Assembly (NCBI GenBank): GCA_963748815.1
Contig: CAVVKJ010000009.1
Span: 64,001 to 128,000, forward strand
DNA length: 64,000 nucleotides
Reading direction: 5' to 3'
Origin: an uncultured Gemmatimonadales bacterium
GTDB lineage: Bacteria; Gemmatimonadota; Gemmatimonadetes; Gemmatimonadales; GWC2-71-9
Shown: piece by piece, positions 30,101 through 39,360 of the stretch
Position numbering within the stretch: the stretch's first letter is position 1
How the letters are laid out: every line of letters begins with the position of its first letter
Translations under genes and position numbers: made by a program
The notes under the pieces: generated by a model
Told to the model about the DNA's origin: nothing
Database searches by the model: none
Seen by the model: only the letters and a program-made list of their open reading frames with translations

Positions 30101-32144
30101 ATCCCAGGTCCGGGTCGCCTGCCCCCAGCGATTGACCAGCGAGCGGGTCCAGAAGCCGCGCGGGTCGGTCATCTGGACGTAGGCGCTGTCCAGCGCCCGG
30201 AGCGCCCCGAGGCCCTGGTACTCCCGCGCCGTGTACCCGATGGTGGGCGTCTGCCAGCTGCCGCTCGAGTCCTGCACGCTGGGAAGCTGCACCTGCACGG
30301 GGCGGAAGCCGAAGGCCGGGTCATACGCCACCACGGTCGTGTCCGCGAGCACGCCGATGCGGCGCTGGAGCACCAGGGTCTTGCTTAGCGCCCCGTAGAC
30401 CGCATAGACATAGCTCGTCGTGTAGGGCGCTCCCGTTGGCGAAGGGATCGAGTCCCGGGTGAGTTGGTTGGTGGGGCCGTCAATCGTCACCTTGGTCTGT
30501 CGGAGCGAGCCGCCCGTCAAGCTGGCCAGATGCGTGAGCGTCCCACCGGCGGTGTAACCGAAGCTGATCTCCTTCCCGACCGGATCCTTCACCTTGAGAA
30601 TCTTGTCGCTCGACCCCTCCCACAGCACCGAGTCGCGCTGGCCATTGACGTCCTGGGTGTACAGCAGGCGCCCCGTCGTCGCCTCGTATACGCTGCGGGC
30701 GAGACTGCCCCGAGGGGAAAGCTCGAGCTGGGCGCCGACCTTCTGCAGCACCACCTCGCTCCCCGGCGGCGCCAGGAAAAGGCTGTCCCCATTCCCCCGG
30801 AACACGCTCACCGCGCCGGTGGCCGAGACCAGCAGCCGGTCGTTCCCCGCCGGCACCAGCAGCACCCCCGCCGTCGGCCACCACCCCGATCCGTACCGCG
30901 TGGCCCGCCGGTCCACCAGCACCACCTCCACCGAATCGCTCGAGCTCCGGGTCGTGCCCCCGGACGTGACCCGGCCCTCCACCCGGAGCCACTTCCGGGT
31001 CGGGGTCGGAAACGTGCTCCCCATGAAGTCACCTTGCAGCACCGCCCGGCACCGCCGCACCGAGCCGGTGAGGCAGGTCGGGCTCGCGAACCGCACCGAG
31101 TCGAGCACCGTGGTCCCGTCCTGCAGCACAAAGGTGAGGTCGTCCGGCGTCCCGGCCGGCCAGGTGAGCTCCAGGTCCACCGGCACCAGCACCCGGGGAT
31201 ACGACTGCCGCGTCGAATAGACCAGCCCCGTGCTCCGCGGCACGCCGCGCGACACGTACGGTACCGTGCTCACCCCCGCCTCGATTTCTCCGGCGGTGAC
31301 CGCGAGCCCGGGGCCGAAGGGCGAGCTGAAGGCCCGCCCCAGCGCTTCGGACGGCACGCCGCTGAAACCCAGGATCGGCTGCTCATCGCTCGGGAGCACG
31401 ACCCACGGGGTCACGGTGGTGCAGCCCCCGTTGAGTGCGCAGACCCGGAGGCTCAACGCCGCCGAATCCGCCGCGCCCGAGCCCACCGTCCCCAGCCCCT
31501 GGCTCGAATCCGGTTCCCACTCCAGGAGCCCCCGATTCACCCGGGCCTGCCGCGTCACGTCCACCCCCCGCCAGGTGAGTCGCACCGTCGTCGAGTCGAT
31601 CGCCTGCCCGGGGTCCAGTCCGCCGCGCACCCACTGCGCCGACACCCGGGGCTGCCGCGTGCGCACCACCGCCCGGTTCGGCCCCGTGGCAATCGGTGCC
31701 ACCAGCGTGATCACCGGGTTCGCGAGCAAGGTCACCGCCAGCGTATCCGCCGCCGGGCCACCCGTCTTCCCCGTGGCGGTCAGGATCACCTCACCCGCAC
31801 CACTGGTGCCGGTCGCGTAGGTCACATCCACTTCCCGGCTCTGCCCCGGGGTCAGGCTGCTCTGAAAGCTGGGTGTCACGCTCACGCAGGCCACCGCCCC
31901 CGTCGCTGAGCACGCCATGCCGATGTTGATGATGGTGGTGGTGCCGGTGTTCCGCACCAGGAAGGTCCCGACCACCGCACCCTGCCCCGCCGGCTCGGTG
32001 ACGGCGTCAGGGTCGGCGGTGACGGTGAGCTCGGCGATCAGGCCGCGGGCGACAATTTCCGGGGGGGGGGGGGGGGGTATCAGGCGCACCGATCCCCACG
32101 ACGAGGGACACACCGACGACGGGGAGCCAGACGAGACGGGGCAT
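27164..32144 (-). CDS. RHS/YD-repeat polymorphic toxin with N-terminal signal peptide and Ig-like region and C-terminal HExxH domain (start out of frame by +1 at the G17 tract)
   Basis: YD repeats, core YDPYG...YRWTGREWDAETGFY...RYYDP..GRF and DPDGL cleavage motif, then HEELH; GGAGG-ATG at 32144 encodes MPRLVWLPVVGVSLVVGIGA. Confidence 0.9.
27702..28028. repeat. 327-bp direct repeat, copy 1
   Basis: Matches 26034-26360. Confidence 0.9.
32061..32077. repeat. G17 homopolymer inside the Rhs 5' coding region
   Basis: 17 consecutive G; G16 would join the ATG at 32144 to the Rhs body. Confidence 0.85.
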
Positions 32145-32278
32145 GCGGCCTCCGAGGGAAGAGGCTGACGGCGCGAGCGGCGGGGGACGAGGGAGGAACG
32201 CCGCGGCTCGCGCGCCATGTGCCAGTATGGGGAGTGGGATGGAGCCCGTCAAGCAGGTGCGGGCGAAGCTGGCGTCAG

Positions 32279-32689
32279 CTACGCCACCGGAAACTCCGCC
32301 AGGAACGCGGGCGCCCCATCCCGCGGCCTGATGTAGTACCACCAGTTGTCCTCGGGGCTCCACCCCTCCTCGTCCGCCACGATGTTCCCCCAGAGACAGC
32401 GCGCCACCGGCAGGGTGGCCTCGCGGACCCGCTGGTCGAGCTCGGCCAGACGGGCGGCACACGCCGCCGCCTGCTCGCGGGTCACCCGTTCAAGCGCCTG
32501 GGCGAGCAACTGGCGCCCATCGAGGTCGCCGAGAAAATCCTCGTAGTCACCGCTGTACCCCGCCTCGATGGACCCGACCGTCCGCTCCCACCCGGTCAGC
32601 AGCACCTCGAGCCCTCCGTGTACCACCGCGTCCGGCGCCCCCTCCTCGCGAAGGAACTGTTCGAGATTGCCGCCGTCCCGGCCCGTCAC
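32279..32689 (-). CDS. hypothetical acidic protein (136 aa)
   Basis: GTGA overlap with the M1 peptidase stop; GYSGDYEDFLGDLDGR...NWWYYIRP. Confidence 0.7.
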   Translation of the reverse strand: MTGRDGGNLEQFLREEGAPDAVVHGGLEVLLTGWERTVGSIEAGYSGDYEDFLGDLDGRQLLAQALERVTREQAAACAARLAELDQRVREATLPVARCLWGNIVADEEGWSPEDNWWYYIRPRDGAPAFLAEFPVA

Positions 32690-34583
32690 CGCGGGTACCG
32701 GTTGTTGGCGCGGTCCACGTCGGGGAGCGCGCGCCGGGGGTCGAGCTCCGCGCGCTGGATGGCCGGCTTGCCCCGCACGCGATAGGTGAACCGCGGCCCG
32801 AGATTCCACATCTCGATCGGCAGCGTGACGACGTCGGTCGTGCCGTCCACGAAGGTGAGCCGCAGCTCCGCCGGCATGATCATCGTACCGAGGCTGGCGA
32901 GCCGGACCTCGGTGACGCCGGCGCTGTCCACGGCGATTCCTTCCACCGCCTGGTCGAGCCGGGTGGTGGTCAGGACCCACTCCCGCCAGAACCAGTCGAG
33001 GTCCATGCCCGAGGCGTCGCGCATCAGGCGGAAGAAGTCGGCGGGCGACGGGTGCCGGAACGTCCAGGCCGCCAGGTACTGGCGGAAGGCGGCGTCGAAG
33101 CGCGCCGGCCCCAGCACCTCGTAGCGCAGCAGCTGCAGCATCAGCGCCGGCTTCTGGTACCCCGCCCAGAAGAGATCGTGGACCTCCACCGGCCGGAGGC
33201 CGAGCGGCTGTTCGTTGACCCCGGCGTGATCGGGGTAGAGATGGAGCGGGTGCACCTCGATCGAATCGCCGTAGGCGGTGCCCTTGAAGTACCGCGCCGC
33301 GTTGGCCAGGTCGATGAAGGTGTTGAAGCCCTCGTCCATCCAGGGATAGAGCCGTTCGTTGGAGCCGACGACCATCGGCACCCACTGGTGGCCGAGTTCG
33401 TGGGCCAGCACCCAGTGCACGTCCTCGCGGGTCGGGCCGGTCGGGTCGAAGGTGATCATCGGGTATTCCATCCCCTCGATCGGCCCTTCGATGCTGGTGA
33501 ACTGCGGGTAGGGGTAGCGGAGCCACTGCCGGCTGAAGTAGGCCAGCGCCTCGTTCGTGATCTTGTTCGCCTCGGCCCAGAGCGTGGCCGAGGGGCGATA
33601 GAGGGTGTGGATCATCACGCCCTCCCACGCGCTCGCATCCCACTGGAAATCGGGGCTCGCGGCAAAGGCGAAGTCGCGCACGCTGTCGGCGCTGAACCGC
33701 CAGGTCACGGTGCCGGTGCTCGTCGGGCGGGTCCGGCTCGGGGTGCCGGCTTCGCTCTTCGTGATGACGGCCACGGGATCGGTCGAGGTCGCCGCCTTCG
33801 CCAGGCGGGTGCGCTGGGGGCCGGTCAGCACCTCCTGCGCGTTCTGGAGCGTGCCGGTCGCGGCCACGATGTAGTCGGCGGGCACGGTCAGCGCGACGTC
33901 GAACCGGCCGTACTCGAGGTAGAACTCGCCGGCGCCGATGTAGGGATCGTGGTTCCAGCCGCGGAGGTCGTCGTACACCGCCAGGCGCGGGTACCACTGC
34001 GCCACCTCGTAGAGGGTGCCGTCGTGGCCCATCCGGCCGCCGCCGAAGGCGGGCACCTTGAACCGCCAGCGGATGACGATCTCCAGGCTGGTGCCGGCGG
34101 CCAGCGGCGTCGGCAGGTCGAGCCGCATCGTGGTGCCGTACACCACCGGGGTGACCGGCCGGCCCGCCACCAGCACCGTGTCGAGGACGAACCCGCCCGC
34201 GAAAGCCCTGGCAGGAGAAGTCGAAGGTCGAACCGAGGAAGACGAGCGGCGGCTGGTCGAGCTGGGAGGTCACGCTCCCCTCGGCGCACATGTTCTGCTC
34301 GAGGTGCATCCAGAGGTAGGGAAGCGCGTCGGGGGAGCGGTTGTGGTAGGTGATGACTTCGCGGCCGCGGAGCTCATTCGCCGCCGGGTCGAGAGTGGCC
34401 TCGATCCGGTAGTCCACGCCCTGCTGCCAGTAGGCATGCCCCGGCCGGCCGCTTGCGGCCCGGTATTCGTTCGGGACCCGGCAGGTCGAGGGGGCGGAAG
34501 GGGGAGAGTTGCCACCCCTGCGCCGCGAGGCCGGAGGCGGTCAGGAGAGAAAGCAGCAGGGCTCTGGCGAGATGGCGCGTCAC
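32686..34583 (-). CDS. secreted M1-family aminopeptidase (two +1 indels near 34474 and 34203)
   Basis: Signal peptide, GRPGHAYWQQ-VDYRI, GMEYP and HELGH...WMDEGFNTF. Confidence 0.9.
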
Positions 34584-34691
34584 GTGGTATCTCCCAGCGT
34601 GGGTTTCGACGTAACATACGGTGCCGCGGCCCCGTGAGAAAGCGCCATGCCCTCGTGGGCACTCCCATCCTAGTCAAGGAGATCTCCGTTC

Positions 34692-35519
34692 ATGCGCCAT
34701 GCCCCCCTTCTGCTGCTCGGCCTCCTCGCCGCTGCCTGCGCCAAGGATGCTCCACCCGTCGACACTTCGGCCGCACCGCAGCAGGTGACCATCACGGCCA
34801 CGGACTTCGCCTACAGCCTGCCACCGACGACAATCCACGCCGGGCTGACGACCGTCACCCTCGTCAACCAGGGCGCTGAGATCCACCACGTCACCCTCGT
34901 GCGGCTGACCGACGGGAAGACAGTGGAGGACCTCATGACCGCACTGCAGTCCGAGGGTCCCCCGCCTGCTTGGAGTATCGCCATGGGTGGGCCCAACGCC
35001 GCGCCCCCCGGCGGGGAGGCCAACGCGACACTCGTCCTCGATCCGGGGACCTATGCCCTCGTCTGCTTCATCCCGTCGCCCGACGGGGTGCCGCACATGG
35101 CCAAGGGGATGGTCATGGGGCTCGAGGTGCAGCCCGGCACGGGGGAAGTCGCTGCCCTTCCCCCGGGCGATATCGAGATGGTCCTGGCGGAGTACAGCAT
35201 TGCCCTCTCCCAGACACCGACGGCCGGCACGCATACGGTACGGGTCGTCAACCGGGGCGCCGAGGCCCATGAGGTTGCCCTCGTGCGCCTCGCACCCGGT
35301 GCGACGATCGAACAGTTCCTCGGCTGGATGGCGGGCGGCGAGCAGGGGCCGCCCCCAGCGGAGGCGGTCGGAGGCCTGTCGGGCTTTGCCCCGGGGCAGA
35401 CACAAAACTTCACCGCCAATTTCTCCCCGGGCACCTACGGGCTGCTCTGTTTCATCCCCGCCCCGGACGGCGCGCCGCACTTCGTCCACGGGATGGTCGC
35501 CACCTTCACCGTCTCATAG
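34692..35519 (+). CDS. lipoprotein with two cupredoxin-like repeats
   Basis: Lipobox LAAAC; two copies of NxGxExH...YxLxCFIP..DGxPHxxxGM. Confidence 0.7.
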   Translation: MRHAPLLLLGLLAAACAKDAPPVDTSAAPQQVTITATDFAYSLPPTTIHAGLTTVTLVNQGAEIHHVTLVRLTDGKTVEDLMTALQSEGPPPAWSIAMGGPNAAPPGGEANATLVLDPGTYALVCFIPSPDGVPHMAKGMVMGLEVQPGTGEVAALPPGDIEMVLAEYSIALSQTPTAGTHTVRVVNRGAEAHEVALVRLAPGATIEQFLGWMAGGEQGPPPAEAVGGLSGFAPGQTQNFTANFSPGTYGLLCFIPAPDGAPHFVHGMVATFTVS

Positions 35520-35529
35520 CGGAGCCCCC

Positions 35530-36375
35530 TTGTCCATTCGAACCTGCGCCATGCTCCCGGCGGCCGTGCTCGCGCTCGCCTGCGCCAGGGAACCTGCCCC
35601 GGACAGTGACGTAGCCTCCACGGCCGCTCCGCAGGAGGTCACGATCATTGCCACGGAGTACGGCTATCAGTTGCCGGCCGCACCGGTCCACGCAGGACTC
35701 ACGACCATCACACTCGTGAACGACGGCCAGGAGCTGCACCACATGCAGCTGGTGCGGCTGACCGACGGCAAGACCGTGGCCGATCTCGCCGAGGCGCTGG
35801 GTGCCCACGCTGCGCTCCCAGCGTGGGTGGTCCTGGAAGGCGGCCCGAACGGCGCGCAGCCCGGAAGCTCCGTGAACGCCACCCTCGTGCTCGAGCCGGG
35901 GCAATACGCGATGTACTGTCGCATCCCCGCCCCCGATGGCGCCGCCCATTTGACCAAAGGGATGATCCTGGGGATGCGGGTCGAACCGGCGACGGGGGCG
36001 GTCGCCGCCATGCCCACGGGTGACATCCAGATCGGGCTCTTCAACTACGGATTTTCACTGTCGGCGGCACCGACAGCGGGAACGCATGCGTTCGCGGTGA
36101 CCAACAACGCCGACCAGCCGCATGAGATCGCGATCGTCCCGCTTGGGTCGGGCGAGACGATGCAACCGTGGATCGACTGGGTGTCGGGGGGCTACGCGGG
36201 ACCGCCCCCCGGCATGACCACCGGGGGACTCACCGACATCCGGCCGGGCCAGGTGCAGAATTTTTCCGCCACTCTCGCCCCGGGACGCTACGGCCTCATC
36301 TGCTTCGTCCGTGATGCGACCGACGGCAAGTCGCATGTGCTCCACGGGATGACCACCACCTTCACCGTGTCGTAG
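35530..36375 (+). CDS. tandem paralogous lipoprotein with two cupredoxin-like repeats
   Basis: GGAG then TTG start; lipobox LALAC; same His and Cys-His-Met pattern as the upstream paralog. Confidence 0.7.
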   Translation: MSIRTCAMLPAAVLALACAREPAPDSDVASTAAPQEVTIIATEYGYQLPAAPVHAGLTTITLVNDGQELHHMQLVRLTDGKTVADLAEALGAHAALPAWVVLEGGPNGAQPGSSVNATLVLEPGQYAMYCRIPAPDGAAHLTKGMILGMRVEPATGAVAAMPTGDIQIGLFNYGFSLSAAPTAGTHAFAVTNNADQPHEIAIVPLGSGETMQPWIDWVSGGYAGPPPGMTTGGLTDIRPGQVQNFSATLAPGRYGLICFVRDATDGKSHVLHGMTTTFTVS

Positions 36376-36419
36376 TCCCGGGGGGCCACATGTCCCCCGC
36401 CTGACGTATACTTGAGATG

Positions 36420-37319
36420 ATGAGTCCAACGGTCGTTGTCTCGGGTGCCTCCGGTCTGCTCGGTAGTGCGCTGCTCCCGGCGCTGGCCGCCGCAGGATGG
36501 GGGCACCGTTCGTTGGTGCGCCGAGCGGCCGGTGCCGGCGAGGTGCGATGGAGCCCGGCCGACGGCACCATCGACGCGAGCGCGCTCACGGGCGTTTCCG
36601 CGGCCGTCCACCTGGCCGGCGAACCGATTGCCGAAGGGCGCTGGACCGCCGCGAAGAAGGCGCGGATCCGCAGCAGCCGCGTGCTCGGCACCCGCCTCCT
36701 GGCCGAATCGCTGGCGCGGATGCCCGTCCGGCCCGCGGTGCTGGTCTCCGCCTCCGCCATGGGAATCTATGGCGACCGGGGCGACGAAATCCTCGACGAG
36801 GACAGTGCCCTCGGCACCGATTTCCTCTCGGAGGTCGGCAGGGAATGGGAGGCGGCGACCGCACCTGCCAGCGATGCCGGCATCCGGGTCGTGCATCTGC
36901 GGTTCGGGATCATCCTTGCCCCGGACGGCGGGGCGCTCCCGCGAATGGTCCGCCCCTTCCTCCTCGGGGCCGGCGGACCGATCGGGAACGGCCGCCAGTG
37001 GATGAGCTGGGTGGCCATCGAGGACGCGATCCGGATTGTCCTCGAAGCGATGCAGAACGGGGAGCTGACCGGGCCGATCAACGCCGTCTCACCCACTCCG
37101 GTTCGCAACGCTGATTTCGCCACGCAACTCGGCGCGGTGCTGCACCGCCCCGCCCTGGTTCCCGTCCCGGCCTTCGCGCTCCGGCTCCTCTTCGGCGAGA
37201 TGGCCGACGCCGCCCTCCTGGCCAGCCAGCGCGTCGTCCCTGCCCGACTGGGCGCCCACGGATTCGAGTTCCGCTACCCGACCCTCCCCGGGGCCCTGCG
37301 CGCAGTCCTCGACCGCTGA
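36420..37319 (+). CDS. TIGR01777/YfcH-family NAD-dependent epimerase
   Basis: VSGASGLLG, HLAGEPI, SASAMGIYG, GRQWMSWV and LLASQRVVP. Confidence 0.9.
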   Translation: MSPTVVVSGASGLLGSALLPALAAAGWGHRSLVRRAAGAGEVRWSPADGTIDASALTGVSAAVHLAGEPIAEGRWTAAKKARIRSSRVLGTRLLAESLARMPVRPAVLVSASAMGIYGDRGDEILDEDSALGTDFLSEVGREWEAATAPASDAGIRVVHLRFGIILAPDGGALPRMVRPFLLGAGGPIGNGRQWMSWVAIEDAIRIVLEAMQNGELTGPINAVSPTPVRNADFATQLGAVLHRPALVPVPAFALRLLFGEMADAALLASQRVVPARLGAHGFEFRYPTLPGALRAVLDR

Positions 37320-37340
37320 TTCTCGTGGTATCTTTGCAGG

Positions 37341-38034
37341 ATGTCCCCTGCCCCCGCCGTCGTCCTCCTCAGCGGAGGCCTCGACTCCGCCACGACGCTG
37401 GCCATCGCCCGCGCGGAGGGGTTCGCCTGCCACGCGCTGAGCGTTCGCTACGGGCAGCGCCACGCGATTGAGCTCGCCAGCGCCACCGCCGTGGCCCACC
37501 ACCTCGGCGCCGCCTCCCATCGGGTCATCGAGATCGACCTCCGCGCATTCGGCGGCTCCGCCCTGACCGCCGACATCCCCGTCCCGAAAGACCGCGACGA
37601 CGGCGCCCGCGACGAGCGGCATCCCGATCACCTACGTCCCGGCCCGCAACACGATCTTTCTCTCCTACGCCCTCGGCTGCGCCGAGGTGCTGGGCGCCGC
37701 CGACATCTTCCTCGGCGTGAACGCGGTGGACTACAGCGGCTATCCCGATTGCCGGCCGGAGTTCGTGCAGGCGTTCGAGCAGCTGGCCAACCTCGCCACC
37801 CGGGCCGGCGTCGAGGGACGCCGGATGACGATCCACGCGCCGCTGCTCGCCATGCGCAAGAGCGAGATCATCGCGCGCGGCCTCGCCCTGGGCGTCGATT
37901 TCGGAATGACGCTGAGCTGCTACGATCCCGCGCCGGATGGCGCCGCCTGCGGCCGCTGCGACGCCTGTCACCTCCGGCTCGAAGGATTCCGCGGGCTCGG
38001 ACGCGCCGATCCCGCCCGGTACCAGTCGCCATGA
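37341..38034 (+). CDS. queC: 7-cyano-7-deazaguanine synthase (one extra C near 37607)
   Basis: [29 protein letters not shown] and SCY...CGRCDAC. Confidence 0.93.
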
Positions 38035-38669
38035 GCTACGCGGTCAAGGAAATCTTCTACACCCTGCAGGGCGAGGGCGCCCACGCGGGACGCCCGGCGG
38101 TCTTCTGCCGGTTCGCCGGCTGCAATCTCTGGAGCGGCCGCGAAGCCGATCGCGCCGACGCCACCTGCGATTTCTGCGACACGGATTTCGTGGGAATCGA
38201 CGGGCCGGGGGGCGGGCGTTTCGCGACCGCCGTCGAGCTGGCCGCGGCGGTGAAGGCGGCGTGGCCGGCGGCGGCCGGCGGCGGGGTGCCCTACGTGGTC
38301 TGCACCGGAGGAGAGCCCCTGCTGCAGCTCGACGCGGCCGCGGTGGACGCCCTGCACGCCGCGGGATTCGAAGTGGCGGTGGAAACCAACGGCACGCAAC
38401 CCGCGCCGCCGAACATCGACTGGATCTGCGTGAGCCCCAAGGCCCGGGCCGCGGTGCGCCTGCGGCGCGGCGACGAACTGAAGCTGGTGTACCCGCAGCG
38501 CACGGCACTCCCCGAGGACTTCGACGGCCTGGAGTTCACCCACCGGTTCCTGCAACCGATGGACGGCCCTATGCTCCGCGAGAATACGGCCGCGGCCGCC
38601 GCGTACTGCCTGGCGCATCCCCGCTGGCGGTTGAGCCTGCAGACGCACAAGCTCATCGGCCTTCCCTGA
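38031..38669 (+). CDS. queE: 7-carboxy-7-deazaguanine synthase, compact CX14CX2C radical-SAM type
   Basis: [19 protein letters not shown]...CDFCDT, TGGEP, ETNG and SLQTHK. Confidence 0.95.
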   Translation: MSYAVKEIFYTLQGEGAHAGRPAVFCRFAGCNLWSGREADRADATCDFCDTDFVGIDGPGGGRFATAVELAAAVKAAWPAAAGGGVPYVVCTGGEPLLQLDAAAVDALHAAGFEVAVETNGTQPAPPNIDWICVSPKARAAVRLRRGDELKLVYPQRTALPEDFDGLEFTHRFLQPMDGPMLRENTAAAAAYCLAHPRWRLSLQTHKLIGLP

Positions 38670-38688
38670 CCTCCACCCCCAGGGTCCC

Positions 38689-39297
38689 ATGCACGGATAC
38701 TCCGATCGCATCAATCACGCACTCGCCTTTGCGGCCAAGCACTACGGCACCGTCCAGGGACCGGAGCGGACGATGGCCTTCCTGGCCCATCCGGCCAACA
38801 TCGCGATCATCCTGGCTCGCTACGGTTGCGAGGACCTGACCGTGGTCGCGGGCATCCTGCACCGCGTGCTGGAGGAGGCCCCGCCCGGCGAGCGCGAGGA
38901 GCTGGAAGCCAAGGTGCTCGAGAAGTTCGGCCCGGTGGTGCTGGCCACCGCCTGCGAGGTGCTCGAACCGCGGCACGACGCACTGGGCCGGCTTCGCGCC
39001 TGGCGCACCTGCAAGCGGGAGTACCTGATCCAGATCGCCGACGCGGAGCCGCGCGGCCTGGACATCTGCGCCGCCGACGAACTGCACAACTGCGGCGCGG
39101 CCATTCGTGTCGTGCGCCGGCTCGGCGCCGAGTACCTGCACGCCGATCCCGACGCCTCGCCCGCCGACACGCTCTGGTGGTTCGGCGCCATCGCGGACCA
39201 TCTCAATGCCCGCCGGGAATGGCGCAACCGCGCCATGCTCGACGAGCTGACCGCCATGACGCGGGAGCTGGCCGTCCTGCTGCAAATCGGGAGCTGA
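38689..39297 (+). CDS. HD-fold protein resembling small alarmone hydrolases, degenerate active site
   Basis: ALAFAAKH...AHP...GILHRVLEE...FG..V...ADELHN. Confidence 0.65.
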   Translation: MHGYSDRINHALAFAAKHYGTVQGPERTMAFLAHPANIAIILARYGCEDLTVVAGILHRVLEEAPPGEREELEAKVLEKFGPVVLATACEVLEPRHDALGRLRAWRTCKREYLIQIADAEPRGLDICAADELHNCGAAIRVVRRLGAEYLHADPDASPADTLWWFGAIADHLNARREWRNRAMLDELTAMTRELAVLLQIGS

Positions 39298-39304
39298 TCC
39301 AGCG

Positions 39305-39320
39305 TGTGACCGCGGTCACA
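39305..39320. promoter_or_regulatory. CRP/FNR-family binding site
   Basis: TGTGA-CCGCGG-TCACA within an 18-bp perfect palindrome upstream of the GGDEF gene. Confidence 0.6.
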
Positions 39321-39360
39321 CATAATTGGCGGGCCGAGCGATGTCCCGGTATATTTAGGC

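Noticed and set aside
37341..38669. Apparent QueC-QueE fusion (442 aa)
   Set aside because: A +1 indel near 37607 causes it. queC continues in the next frame and overlaps queE by ATGA.
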